Origin: Macrostomum lignano
Lineage: Eukaryota
Length of the DNA: 64,000 nt
NCBI GenBank assembly: GCA_002269645.1
Contig: NIVC01000869.1
Location: forward strand, 248,001-312,000
Direction of reading: 5' to 3'
The position numbers and the translations under genes were made by a program. The stretch's first letter is position 1. Each line of letters starts with the position of its first letter. Below are positions 24,436-36,934 of the stretch, in pieces. The notes under the pieces were generated by a model. It was not told the origin of the DNA and did no database searches. It saw nothing but the letters and a program-made list of their open reading frames with translations.

Positions 24436-24699
24436 AGTAGTAGGTAAAAGTACTTGTATTGGACAGTGCACCAATCAAACAATGGATTTGAATGTCTAGA
24501 GGGGGATACGAGGGGGTAAGATTCTGATGAACAAACATGATTGGGTGTGTTTATTGTGTTTTTGCTTTTTTCGATTGTTGTTGTGATTGAATGTGTTGGT
24601 TAGTGTTTTTTTAGTTTCCCCTCGTATCCCCCCTCAACACCTTCAAATGTGCTGTTTTAATTGGTTATCTGTCCTAGACTCGTACTTTTACCTACTACT
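24436..24699. repeat. Imperfect ~95-bp inverted repeat with AGTAGTAG...CTACTACT ends
   Basis: AGTAGTAGGTAAAAGTAC / GTACTTTTACCTACTACT and GAGGGGGATACGAGGGG / CCCCTCGTATCCCCCTC. No TSD. Confidence 0.75.
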
Positions 24700-24861
24700 C
24701 TTGACATTTGCAGATTTACTTGGATAGGTAGAATAAATTGAATTTAGGGATTCGGGGTGCTTTAATTGCCATCCGAAAACCGGAATTTAATTGCAGGGTG
24801 CTGGGCAGGCTTTGCGCCTTCCGCTTCTTCCAGTGTCTCCCTGTCTGCTTTATCAGCGTTC

Positions 24862-25403
24862 AAAATGCTGATATGCCATTACAAACTTATCATAGATATT
24901 TAAATGTTAGACCCACCCATTTACCTGCACTAAAACAGCCACGCAGACCCTGCGTGCCCTCTCCCTCTCTGTGTTAATTCATTTAACTAACTATGCAAAA
25001 ACAGGTCGTTTATCGGTAGTCTCTGATGGCCTCTCACGCCAACTACCTTACACGTCTGCTGCTCCTCTCCCACGACAGACAGAAACTTCGAAGAACTGAG
25101 ACAAGTCCTTTTCTTAGGTTTGAGCTCAAACTTTACTAAATTCGGCAGTGGGGAGCCTCGGCTCTTTCAATTGCATTGTATTTATAATGCTCGGCATTGT
25201 GCTCGGGGCAGTGTTGGGTGGTGGCGAGATATTTTTCCGCCCCACCCATCTTACTTGCTTTTTTGCATAGTTGAGCAGTTAGATAAATTAACACAGAGAG
25301 GGCACGCATGGTCTGCGTGGCTGTTTTAGTGCAGACAAATGGGTGGGTCTAACATTAAATATCTACGAGCTATGATAAGTTTGTAATAGCATACCAGCAT
25401 TTT
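24862..25403. mobile_element. Foldback/MITE-like element with ~130-bp imperfect inverted arms
   Basis: 24862-24990 is the reverse complement of ~25270-25403 (GTTAGACCCACCCATTT, CTAAAACAGCCACGCAGACC, CTCTGTGTTAATT). Confidence 0.7.
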
Positions 25404-25454
25404 TAATGCTGATATGCTTCAATACCCACCATCAGCCGATCTCTTTAGCCAAAA

Positions 25455-25735
25455 TACCCTTCATTTCCCCGCCCCAATACGCCTCATTTCCCCTTCCTAT
25501 ACCCCTCATTCCCAAACCCAATACCCCTCATTCCCAACCCCAATACCCCTTATTTCCCCGCCCCGATACCTTTCATTTCCCCGCCCCAATACCCTTCATT
25601 TCCCCGCCCCAATACCTTTTCTTTCCCCGCCCCAATATCCTTCATTTCTCCGCCCCAATACCCTTCATTTCCCCGCCCCAATACCTTTCCTTTCCCCGCC
25701 CCAATATCCTTCATTTCCCCGCCCCAATTCCCCCT
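25455..25735. repeat. Minisatellite, ~22-23 bp (CCCCGCCCCAATACCCTTCATTT)
   Basis: About 12 imperfect tandem units. Confidence 0.85.
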
Positions 25736-27453
25736 GCACTTTATTCCAGCAACATAGAAAGGACAAAAACTTTTTGAACAAATCACATGTAGCTTTTGAG
25801 CTTTTACGAGCTCGTATATTCACAATCGTTAGTTTAATTAGGAAAATGATGTTTAACTTTAGTTTTTTAAGTAAATGATGTTTTTCAAATGCATTTCAAA
25901 GATGCATTTCAAAGATAAACGATAAATTTCGAACTCGCAATTTACTCAGCATGCAAGTTGGGTCAGGGAGCCTGAGTAAGCAATTTGGAAAAAAAGTCTG
26001 GCGATCCTTTTGTCGACTTCAGCGCGGCAAGTACTGGTTGTGACAACAACAGAAGTTGCTTCACATTTGGGAAAAAGACGCAAAGCTTCGTTGATTGAAC
26101 GACAACCGAAAACAATTGCAGGACAAGAACGCTAGAAGATTGAAAGATTTTCCTAATCCTAGGCCTTTGGCCTGCGAACCGTCCGAGCACTCGCCCAGTC
26201 CAAGTCTGGCAGGCGGCTCCATTTGGCGCAGAACGCCCGGTTCTCGCACTCGGCGTTCTGCAACATGATTTTTGGGCAGTTTTCTTTACTTTCGTATCCT
26301 TATTGAGTGCTTTCGACCGCTTCTTTGATTCGTTGGCTACTACTTTCTATCGATGCTGTCGCTTTCTTGCATGACCTGAAAAACCTCAGGCTCGGAGCAG
26401 ACCCAAAGAATATGGAGACAATTGGACATCATCGGGACTATATCTCTGAGAGGAATCCGTACCGTTTGGTAAGCCTTTTGAGACGTCTTTGTTATTTGAT
26501 TATTTAGAGCTGAGTTATTATCGGCGGTTGTTTACCGATTAATCCTTGTTGAATTACGAGTTTAAAGGCCTCACTATTCCAAGGGATTGGATAGGATCCA
26601 CTGGAACGATTCCGATACTCTTAGAAGATTATTGGTTTGATTGATTTCGGTACCCTCGAGTAACAGATAGGGGCACACGAATCTGATTCTGATATTTCTA
26701 GAAGAAGACGCCCTTCCTTGGAGGACCTTATTGTTATTGGGTTGATTATATTCAAATATATTATTAGGGTGCATTTTTGATATTTAGTTCCGAGCTCGAG
26801 GAATACATAAACGCCGAAGATTTGAAGCGATACGTTCATTAAAGTTGCTCTCGTATACGGCCGACTTCAGAATTGAAGAGACGCACCCCGGAGGAAAATA
26901 AGAAGCCCACGATAGGAGAAGCGCGCTACAGGAATACAAGAAGAGTAGCCTGTGCAGCTAGTGAGCGTTAGTGGGCAGACATTTTTTTCGGCGCCACTTT
27001 GCTTGACTAAACAATGGTCCTGGTCAGCGCCAGGTTTGGCAATGAATGCAAAAAAGCGGCTCGTTTATATTATTGAACGCGGATCGGGACAGAGAGGGAG
27101 GTTTGATTGTCTGAGTGATTCATGCCTCCAGGGTGTCGGTCGTGGCATGAGGGAGGTGGGGCAATCTTGGATAACATACCTTGTACCAAGGGTCTTGGCA
27201 CAAGATAACAATTTTCAGTACAAGAGTCAATGAATTGGGAGAATCTAAACTGCTTAGATTTACATTCATCAGAATGAGGGTCTGTGTCTGGACCAATTAG
27301 ATAGGCACTGAATGCGCATTGGCCCTGACACCCACCTCAACCCCTAACTCAACAGCTTTCTGCGCGTTAAGTAGTGGCACTGCAGCTTGCGACATAGGCA
27401 GGAAGGAAAACTGAGACAGACAGCAATAAATTTACTCCAGGACAGTCAATACA

Positions 27454-28683
27454 ATGAGAGCTAACCAAAATTTAGTACTTCTGGCATGTGCGACATGTGT
27501 ATTAATCACTGTGGCGTATCTATTTTGGAAACAAAACTGGACCGATTCAAAGATGCAACTGCTTGGAAAAACAAATTTTCTAGCTTCAGAGTCACTGCCA
27601 GCAAAGCCTAACCGTTTGACAGCTTCTAAATTACATCTCATTCGAAACAAAGGCCTGACCGCTGAAGAGTCGCTACCAACGCTGAGCGATGTCGAAATGA
27701 TCAAGAACTGTCCTCCGTACAACGAGCTCCGCAACGTTGACTTCACGAACCCCAGCCTGCAGCACCGGCTGTGTCAGGAGACGCCGGCCTACCAGTTAGT
27801 CAGGGGCAAGTTTCCCCTGTGCGAGCTGAACAGGAACTTACCGCAGCAGATGTACACCATTGTCAGACAAGGGTCTCCTGTGGCCAATGTGACCCGAGCG
27901 ATGGGCGGCCCTTTAATGCCGATATTCACCTTCGGCAAGGAGGACATGATTTCCGCGCATATGCTAAAACACAACGACTGGGAAAGCAGCTCTATTCGGA
28001 CGATGCTCAACCTGTTACAGAAGCTTCCGAAAAACTCTGCGACGTTCCTCGATATCGGCAGCAACCTTGGCATCTACAGCCTGCAGGCCAGAGAGCTCGG
28101 GTATCCCGTGGTGGCCATCGATGCAAACATTCGCACACTGGTCAGGCTGCAGATGTCAGCGAAGCGGCTGAAGTTGCTTGACGACAAGCTGAGGCTCTTC
28201 TGGGGCTTCATCAGTGACGACGTGGCGGTCAAGCGGATCAGCTATAACGCCGACGACTTTGGCTGCCACGCTGGAAGCGGCTCAGTCGGATTGGCTGACT
28301 GGAAACGGCAGGTTACGAAGTTAATCGAGGACACGATTCCCGTCACGACTGTCAAAGCGGACGAGCTTCGAGCGCACATCGGCACCAAGAATGTGGTCGT
28401 CAAGATGGACATCGAGTCCGGTGAGCACCTGTTCATGAAGACTGGCGAGAGGCTGTTTCGAGAGCTCAACATCATGGCGCTGCAGATGGAGTTCTGGCGG
28501 AAGGTCGGTCAGCGACCACAATCGTCCAAACATTACGAGTTTGTGACGCACTTCATGACCTCGAGGAACTTCTCTCTGCTGTCCATGGGTAGTTTCCAAG
28601 TGCAGAAAATCGCTACATTCAACGAGTGGGACGGACTGTGGGTCAGAAACGACTTTGTGGCTCAGGTTGCTAGGAAAGGCTGA
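27454..28683 (+). CDS. FkbM-family SAM-dependent methyltransferase with N-terminal signal anchor, single exon
   Basis: Intact 409-aa ORF with hydrophobic residues 7-24, FLDIGSNLGIYSL (motif I), VVAIDAN, VKMDIESGE and QMEF. Confidence 0.85.
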   Translation: MRANQNLVLLACATCVLITVAYLFWKQNWTDSKMQLLGKTNFLASESLPAKPNRLTASKLHLIRNKGLTAEESLPTLSDVEMIKNCPPYNELRNVDFTNPSLQHRLCQETPAYQLVRGKFPLCELNRNLPQQMYTIVRQGSPVANVTRAMGGPLMPIFTFGKEDMISAHMLKHNDWESSSIRTMLNLLQKLPKNSATFLDIGSNLGIYSLQARELGYPVVAIDANIRTLVRLQMSAKRLKLLDDKLRLFWGFISDDVAVKRISYNADDFGCHAGSGSVGLADWKRQVTKLIEDTIPVTTVKADELRAHIGTKNVVVKMDIESGEHLFMKTGERLFRELNIMALQMEFWRKVGQRPQSSKHYEFVTHFMTSRNFSLLSMGSFQVQKIATFNEWDGLWVRNDFVAQVARKG

Positions 28684-28714
28684 ACTAGAAAAGGCACTTT
28701 TTAACAGCTCGTAT

Positions 28715-29270
28715 CTCTTGTTTTTCTTGTATTTCATTTAAGGGGCACTATACCATATAGATAGTTGCTGACTGTTGCACTCTATCAGCTGTTTCCAGAT
28801 GTTTCAACAACAGACGGATCAACTTGTCCGGAAATTTCCCAATGACGTTCGCACCTGCACCTGCACTCGTTGCTATCGAAGTGCTCGTGATAACCCTTCT
28901 CTTTTCTCAGTCGCTTTACAAGTAAAAAATGCTCTGAGCGAACAAACGTATCAAGCCTTAATTCTGTTGTCAGTCAGTGTGAGGCCTGTTCTCTCTAGAT
29001 TTTTTTCGTCCCATGCGTTTTAATTTTAATGAAAAAGTTCTCCAAATGAGTTCTTTTAAATGCTGGAGGCAAACGTTTTAAGGCGGTTGAAAGTGTGGTC
29101 AATTTCAAATTTTAACACCTTGGTTACTACAGCGGGCAGTGAAGTTCGTCTATAAACTGTTGTGTACCGCTGCATGCAACGTGTGTTCCTATCAACTATT
29201 GATACTCGTAGTTCTAACACCTGTTCAATTCTTTGTTTCGTTCATTTTTACTTTTTGATAATTAATGATT
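28715..29270 (+). repeat. Dispersed repeat, copy 1 (directly 3' of the methyltransferase)
   Basis: Colinear with 36935-37710, sharing ACAGACGGATCAACT, TTGCTATCGAA, TTCGTCTATAAACTGTTGTGTACCGC and others. Confidence 0.8.
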
Positions 29271-29695
29271 TTGATTCACGAACCCAGCCTGTGCCTGTTT
29301 GCCTCTTCTCAGTTTGCAAAAATTTATAAAACATTTTGTTTCCTCATTTGCTTTCTCATCTTTTATCTTCACAGATTAGCGCTGAAAATTATCCTGAAAA
29401 CTTTCTCTTTGTAACTTTCTAGCAATCTGCGCTTGCTTCCGTTGGGGAGGCAACGAAAAAGAAATGAAAATATTTGAATATAGTTTAAATAAACTACATT
29501 TATTGTAACCTAGTAAACTCAACATTGGTAATTTCTTAGATAAATGATTTATTAATCAGAAAAGCATCAGCCTTAAAAACCAGAGACTTAGCCTGAGATA
29601 TCGGATCCTCTATGAGCTTTGGCTCAAAGCATCCGAGCAACCCCTCCCTCATGAGCCAAGCATTTAAGCAGTTTTCCCCATGAGCCTTGGAGCGT

Positions 29696-29915
29696 TGACA
29701 TCTCAGAAATTCCCCCCGTCAGCTCTGACATCTCAGAAATTCCCCCCGTCAGCCTTGACATCTCAGCGATTCCCCCCGTCAGCTCTGACATCTCAGAAAT
29801 TCCCCCGTCAGCTCTGACATCTCAGAAATCCCCCCGTCAGCTCTGACATCTCAGAAATTCCCCCCGTCAGCCTTGACATCTCAACAATGCCCCCGTCAGC
29901 CTTGACATCTCACCA
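29696..29915. repeat. 30-bp tandem repeat (TGACATCTCAGAAATTCCCCCCGTCAGCTC), ~7 copies
   Basis: Head-to-tail units with no spacers. Confidence 0.9.
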
Positions 29916-30171
29916 ATTCTTCCCGTGTCCTGGTTTGCCTCATGAAAGCGCAGGTCCCGCTGGCTAAATCCGATACAAAGGGCTCGTTTTATACACTTTA
30001 TGCAGCTTCCCTCAAATTGGTTTAAATTCAACTCCTATCTCTGTACGCTCGTAGTTGTAAATTTCAGCGCTTGAGTTGGAACTAGAAGGACAGGCAAGCT
30101 TCATTGTTTGGGCTCTCTGTCGACAGTGACACTGCATGGCTACAGAAAGCGCAGAGACAGATGGTCTCAGT

Positions 30172-31707
30172 CACGGACCCCTGAATAGTAGAAGGTCTGG
30201 ACAAGAAACAGAAAAGGAAAATTTTAAATTAGCGTACGACATACGGCCAAGGCCAAAGCGAATGAGTGCCTTTTGGTCTTTATGTGGGTGGGGTGGGGGA
30301 AGAGACGAAGTACAGGTTCATTTTAGTGCGCTTCGGAACCAAGTCTTAGTTAAAAAGCAAGCAAGGGAAGCAAGTGCATATAATACAAGGCTTATAGGGA
30401 TTTCAGTGTACAGATTGGGCTTCGTGTCACTCGACCCCAGCATGCCCGTTCATATCCCACTCTCATTCTTTCTGTGCCCTCTTATACGAGCATAAAGGAG
30501 AAAATGATAGGAATATATCACCGACAAAGAAGTAACAGACAGACTTCTTGGTCTGTGGTCTGTGGAATTGTTCTCCTGCAATCTGCAAATCCTGCAATTA
30601 CAATCTAATTCAATTTTTTAATTGTACCTCATCAGTCGTCCGTATTACTAAAAGAGCATGTGTTACAACTGTGTTTTGCATTTGGCTGCACAAGTGGCTG
30701 AAAAAATCATCCACCGAGACAAAGGTGATATTTCATTATTTTCCGAATAATGAAGCTCTTAAACTTAAAGCTTTATGGATGAAAGCCAAGCCAAGACTTT
30801 GTTCCTTCCAAGCACCCGAGAATGTGCTCCCTGCACTGCACTTGTGCAAGTGACTTCATCGAGGAACATCCCGACAACAATTTTCGCAGATTGAAGAACT
30901 TCACCACGAAGGAGCTGATGAAAGGGTACTTAAAGAAGGATGCAGTGCCCACTATCTTTGCTAACGCACTGTACTATCTGTCCTCAAAGCCAGCCGCTGT
31001 TCGACACTCCGCTTACATTCGATTGCTACTGCCTCCGGTCGGCTAGAGAAGGAAGTTTAACGCTTGGAAGCCTTGGGAGAGGCGTTTGAAGATGAAGTTA
31101 ATATCAGCTCTCCTCTGAGCCTGGAGGAAGTGAAAGGTCGACTGGCTGAGAAGAGGATAAAGCCTGAAGAATTTCAGCTTGTCATCATGAACGAAATTTT
31201 AATTACCTACTTCTTAGCGTAAACGTGCCTGTCAGCGCTCTTTCGGCGCCATAGGCACTCATTTTGGCGCCGTAGGCACTCATTTTGGCGCCGCAGACAC
31301 TCGCCGAGAAGAGGAGAGAAGGGAGAAGAAAGATAGAGAAAGGAGAAAGATTACAGAAAGGAAATCTGAGAAAAGACACAAATCGGATTGCTTTTGTGCT
31401 ATTGTGAAGTTTCAAAGGACCCGAGGGCCGGATAGCGAGGCTTCGCAGGCCAAAGTTTGCCGACCCCTGCATGCTTTACCATCACACCTTGCTAAATACT
31501 TTTTCTGCTCTACAGAATAAATCTCTCATCTCTGGCATAAATTATGCCCATTTTCCATGGATTTTCCAGAAGGCACCGTGGGGTTTTAAGCTTTAGCTCT
31601 TGAAAATTTTCTTTGAAATTAACCTTAGAGTAAAAATCTTGGGCCGCATCTCGTACACCCCAAATATCTGTTTCTTGTCCAGACCTTCTACTATTCAGGG
31701 GTCCGTG
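30172..31707 (+). mobile_element. Non-autonomous P-superfamily/THAP DNA transposon
   Basis: 41-bp TIR CACGGACCCCTGAATAGTAGAAGGTCTGGACAAGAAACAGA with TSD TCTCAGT. Decayed THAP domain inside (FHYFP..W..MCSLH..LKKDAVPTIF, ~30670-30965). Confidence 0.85.
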
Positions 31708-31772
31708 TCTCAGTGCTGCCCTGCCTGTAACTTTCTGCCAAGCCTGCAGGCAGCAGGCGAGAATGAGGAGAT

Positions 31773-32310
31773 GAGGGTTGAAGGTTGAGGGGATGAGGGG
31801 TGAGGGGATGAAGGGTGAGGGGATGAGGGGTGAGGGGATGAAGGGTGAGGGGATAAGGGGTGAGGGGATGAAGGGTGAGGGGATGAGGGGTGAGGGGATG
31901 ACGGGTGAGGGGATGAGGAGTGAGGGGATGAGGGGTGAGGGGATGACGGGTGAGGGGATGAGGAGTGAGGGGATGAGGGGTGAGGGGATGACGGGTGAGG
32001 GGATGAGGGTTGAGGGGATGAGGGGTGAGGGGATGACGGGTGAGGGGATGACGGGTGAGGGGATGAGGGGTGAGGGGATGACGGGTGAGGGGATGAGGGT
32101 TGAGGGGATGAGGGGTGAGGGGATGACGGGTGAGGGGATGACGGGTGAGGGGATGAGGGGTGAGGGGATGACGGGTGAGGGGATGAGGGGTGAGGGGATG
32201 AGGGGTGAGGGGATGACGGGTGAGGGGATGACGGGTGAGGGGATGACGGGTGAGGGGATGACGGGTGAGGGGATGACGGGTGAGGGGATGAAGGGTGAGG
32301 GGATAAGGGG
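31773..32310. repeat. 15-bp G-rich minisatellite (GGGTGAGGGGATGAN), ~35 copies
   Basis: Source of the TGEGM/PSSPH/VIPSP repeat ORFs. Confidence 0.95.
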
Positions 32311-33869
32311 TCTGGAGCCCGTTGTATTGAGGAAGCCATGGTAACGCTGGGAAGAGCAATACCACTGCATCTATTGTTATGCTGAGAGATGTAGAGCCCC
32401 AATGGCCTGTGCACAGCAGCTGCAGCAGACTGTATGCTGCCAAGCCTCACCTTTCCGCTCCCTTTCTGAGCTGTGCACAATGATCTCATGCATAATGAAC
32501 GATAATCAGAGAATCTGCCCCAACAGTAGAGCTCATTGCGGGGTGAGGTTGGAGGTTCGCTTCCTATATCTGAGTCTGAAAAGTATTTGGCAAGTAGATA
32601 GTACTGATGAGCATTACTACTATGTAGCGATTGTGTAAGAGTTATCACTCAGGTATTCGAGTAGGCCAAGGACTACTTAAAACAGTCGAATATAAGAGAT
32701 ATTAAATTTATCCGTCCTTGATGTCTGATTCATGTAGGCATCAGGCGTGTATGAATTTTAGACATTTTTTCTTTAATGCTGCACATAACGTTTGCAGGCA
32801 GGATTCTTTATAAACAGACTATACTGCCATTTGTTCATGCCGTTTTCCCAGCGACCAAGGAACTCTGGAGATGCTGGAACAGGAGATGCTGGAACAGGAG
32901 ATGCTGGAGCATTTGTCTGCTGATTGAGTCTCAGGTCTTGCCAAGCGTTCCAAAGCTACTAACTCTACTTAGAGTAGGTAAACGAACTCTCTACTTCTCA
33001 ACTCGTTCTCACATTTACCTAATTCTCTAAACGGGGAATCAAAAATATGCATTTGTTGTATTTGCAGTGCCTTGTAATTAAGCATCAGAAATGCTTGCCT
33101 AAACGATAGTAGAAGTTATTCACTTTAAACCACAGATACTATATAACTAGATAGGTCACTCAGTTAATTTACTCTCACACTACTCTTAGGACCAGCTATC
33201 AGTAGCGAAAAATAGCCAAAATAAGAAATCAATTTTAGACAAATAACTCAGCTCAGGTCTGCGGGCCGTAGAGAGAGGAAAGGAGAAGGAATAGAAGAGA
33301 GGAGAGAGAGGAGATGAGAAAAGATATGAGATTGAGAGATTATCTATGAGATAGATAGAGGCTTCCTGGGTCGGAGTTTACCAACACAGCTGATTTGCAC
33401 ACAGCAGATGCGCGAGTTTCAGAACGGCTTCTCTTAGATGTGGCATGACTTCTGTTTGCAGCAAGATCATCTCTGTTTTCTTTTAAAACTGAGTAAATTC
33501 TTCAAAGTCATGATTCTCAAGCATGAGCTGTTTCTCGAAAAATGCAACCAACGCTCCTAACTGAAGACCCCATCGTTTGCCTCATCTTCTGAAGAATGTG
33601 AGGAACCCAGCAAGCTGCTCTGTCAGAGTTTGACTCATGCCAGCTCTGACAGCTCAGCGATCGTCTGCATGCATGTTGTTGACTGACTGAGACTCTCGGA
33701 AAAAGTGCGAATGTTCTTCAAGCGGCCTTTTGCAACAGCTCGGCTATCCAGCTGAAATTCGACTTGAGTGTTCGACAGAGTATACGACCGAGTTCTCCAG
33801 TTCTCTGTGAATCTTGGTAAGTTTATTCAATATTCAATGTGTCAGTTGTGTCAGCAAATGTGTCAGTTA

Positions 33870-35070
33870 AATGAGAAAACCCTGGCGGACGCCTACGCCA
33901 GACGGCAGCAAGCCGCTGTTGACGATGCCATTCGAAGCGGCACATCGTCGCGGTCCCAAAAAGCCAGGCACGACACGGAAAGAGGAGCACGGGGGGATTT
34001 CGCTCATGTCCTGCGCCGCGAAGCTGTTCAGCCGGCGTGCTGCTAGCTCGGTTTCAGCCTGTGCTGGACCAGTTTCTGCGCCCTGAGCCCACATCGCGGT
34101 ACAGTGACGCAGATCCTAGCCCTCCGCCGCATCATCGAGGAGGCGCGAATCCACCAGTCAAGTCTCGTGGTGATCTTCATTGACTTCCTCAAGGCTTTCG
34201 ACTCGTTGGATCGCGGCGCGCTGTCTCTCGTGCTTCGCGCATACAATGTACCGGAGCAACTGATTTCCGCCATCATGGCGATGTACCAGGATACGACCGC
34301 TTCGGTGATGACGCCAGATGGACTGTCGGACCAATTTAGCACGTCGTCAGGCGTGCTGCAATGTGACACTCTGGCGCCTTTACTGTTTGTTCTGGCACTG
34401 GATTGGGTGCTGAGGACCGGCCTGTAAAACACGGATGACGGCTTCCTGCTGAGAAGACGCACGAGTCGGCGACACCAGGAAAAGCGGCTCTCCGTTCTCG
34501 GCTATGCGGACGACCTCGCGCTGCTTTCATCGTCGGCTGAAGGCGCTCAGCGGCTGCTAGATGGCCTGACGGCAGCAGCATCGCGATTCGGCCGCATGCT
34601 GAAAGCGCGGAAGACGGTAGTCTTCACGGTTCCCTCCGACCTGCCTGCCGAGATCTACTACCGAGACGCTGCCGGGGAGGCAATCATGCTTACCCGTTGC
34701 CAGCGGTTCCTGTACCTCGTTGGCCTCGTGCCGGACGTTGCCGACGGCCTATTGTGACGACGAGGACCGGCCTGGGCCGCGTCTCATTCTGTGCGCTCCG
34801 TGCTCTATTCTGAGGCCTTGGATGACGGGCTCAAGGCTCGGCTGTTTCAGGCAGACGTTGAGACTGTCTTGTTGTACAACGCCGAGACCTGGACCCTGAC
34901 GGACGCTTTAGAGAGGCAGCTGGACGCTGCGCATGCGGCCATGCTGTGTGCGGCGTTCGGAGTGCGCAGCGGTCCAGGCAGCGAGACCAGTGCCGCGCTC
35001 TACACGAGGGCACGCCTGATGCGGCCTTTTGACCTGCTGCGCGGTCGGCGACTTCGACTTTGCGGCGACA
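33870..35070 (+). mobile_element. RTE-like non-LTR retrotransposon remnant (RT pseudogene)
   Basis: QILALRRIIEE, FIDFLKAFDS, GVLQCDTLAPLLF, LGYADDLAL and VETVLLYNAETWTL, with stops, frameshifts and deletions. Confidence 0.85.
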
Positions 35071-35829
35071 AGCCGGGTGATTGCGCAAAAATTGGCCTTT
35101 CTGCTCGACCATGAGATGCTAGTCAAGGCCAAGGGTCTACGAAAATTTGACCGCGTCCTGTTTCACCTCCGAAATTCTTTGACCGCCCCAATTTCGCCGT
35201 GGCAATTTCACTTTTTTCAGAAGGTTTTGACGAAATCGCAGCATTTTCTAGCTCGCATTTGTTGATTTTCAATCAATATCGCTGATACAATGAATAAAGT
35301 CACAACCTTGATAATTCATATCCACATAGTTGTATTCATACACTGTACATTTCACATCCAATCACATCAAAACGGATATATATTAATATGGAATCATTTT
35401 TCACACCTAAACTCAGTGACAACTTTGAGTCGGGAAAGTTTTTTCAGATAAAAAACTTGTAGAAAGTCTATATAGTATACTTAAAAATAAAATAGTAGTC
35501 TTAAATACGAGCCGTATTACAAATCTTAAATGGAAGCACTGTGATGCTCAGATGATCATTTATTTATTCCCTTTCCGTTTACTCATACCAGAAGACCTTC
35601 TGGTAGAACGGAAGATCTTCTTCGAAACCTTTGCGTTGAGTATAGTATAGTCAGTATGAATTTTAAACTACCTGGAAATGCCACTTCCTCAAAAAGTCGC
35701 AAGCATCATAGTAATATTTAGCATATGCACAGTTTTAAAGAATGACCACCCTCGCCGCAGAAAATAGGGTGATCAAACTGTTGGTGCCGAATAGCGCGGC
35801 AAAACTGCAGCGGCGAAATTGCGGGGGTC

Positions 35830-36303
35830 AAATTGTGGCTGTTAAATTTTAGTGGTCAAATTTTAGTGGTCAAATTGTGGTGGTCAAGTTCTGGTGGTCA
35901 AATTGTGGCGGCAAAATTGGGGTGGTCAAACTGTGGTGGTCAAATTGTGGAGGTCGAATTGTGGTGGTCAAATTGTGGAGGTCGAATTGTGGTGGTCAAA
36001 TTGTGGTGGTCAAGTTCTGGTGGTCGAATTGTGGTGGTCGAATTGTGGCGGTCAAATTGTGGTGGTCGAATTGTGGTGGTCAAATTGTGGTGGTCAAGTT
36101 CTGGTGGTCAAATTGTGGCGGCGAAATTGGGGTGGTCAAAATGTGGTGGCGAAATTGGGGTGGTCAAACTGTGGTGGTCAAATTGTGGTGGTCAAATTGT
36201 GGCGGTCAAGTTCTGGTGGTCGAATTGTGGTGGGCAAATTGTGGCGGTCAAATTGTGGTGGTTGAATTGTGGTGGGCAAATTGTGGCGGTCAAATTGTGG
36301 TGG
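35830..36303. repeat. Degenerate 12/15-bp minisatellite (TGTGGTGGTCAAAT)
   Basis: Tandem array that gives the VKLWWSNCGGQ pseudo-ORFs. Confidence 0.9.
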
Positions 36304-36934
36304 TAGTCAAGCGAGTCACTGGCGCGGCACTACCTGGCGACCTGTTGGGCCATGAGCGACTCCAGCTGGCAGGCCACATCATCTGCGCCGGAGTCGCACT
36401 GCCCATAGACAGTGTAGGAGCTGCTGCTGCTGCAGGCACCCTACCAGCGAGGACATGCAGGCGCTTTTTTGGAGAGAGCGCCCCGCAAACCCGCGATATA
36501 AAAGCTTCGATCGATTCACGCTAAGCCTTAACGGCCAAACAAATCAGCGACAAAGCATGGAAGACCCCAAATCTCTCTGCGTGCTAAACCTCCCCCTCCT
36601 TCACTTTGCTTGGCCAGGAGAACTGTAGGAAGAAATGGAAAGATTCGCGTGCAGTTTGATACTGAAACTGCACGCGCCGCCGACCTTCACTCAGTCAACC
36701 CTCACTAATGTACTTGTATTTAGAAAGCTAGCATTGGGAAAGCATGAAAATGGCAGACTGTGCTTTATGTGATCATAAGCTTGACAATGCATCTCAGATT
36801 AAGAACTTCCTGTAAAACCAGCAAAATTCGCTACACACAGATTACATTTAGCTTGCAATTGCTGGTCATGAGCAAGACAGTTGCCAGGCCTTGAACCCAG
36901 TACTGCTTGCCTCGATTGTTGAGATCGTGTTGTA

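Larger units (their letters stand above)
13590..24699 (-). mobile_element. Degenerate Polinton/Maverick remnant ('Polinton A'), AT-rich; right boundary tentative
   Basis: pPolB pseudogene plus pX-like and core-like genes homologous to those of the 40-62 kb element. An AGTAGTAG-type end and ~120-bp repeats lie at 24.0-24.7 kb. Confidence 0.7.

Noticed and set aside
25960-26250. hAT-like peptide (VDKRIARLFF) on the minus strand
   Set aside because: It is too short and interrupted by stops, with no other transposase motifs.
29696-29915. CRISPR-like 30-bp repeats
   Set aside because: Units are contiguous with no unique spacers, there are no cas genes, and the context is eukaryotic. The same applies to 52451-52597.
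31510-32648. Collagen/extensin-like repeat proteins (TGEGM, PSSPH, VIPSP)
   Set aside because: All are frames of one 15-bp minisatellite, with no signal peptide or splice support.
35833-36524. Trp/Cys-rich repeat ORFs
   Set aside because: They are translations of a minisatellite.
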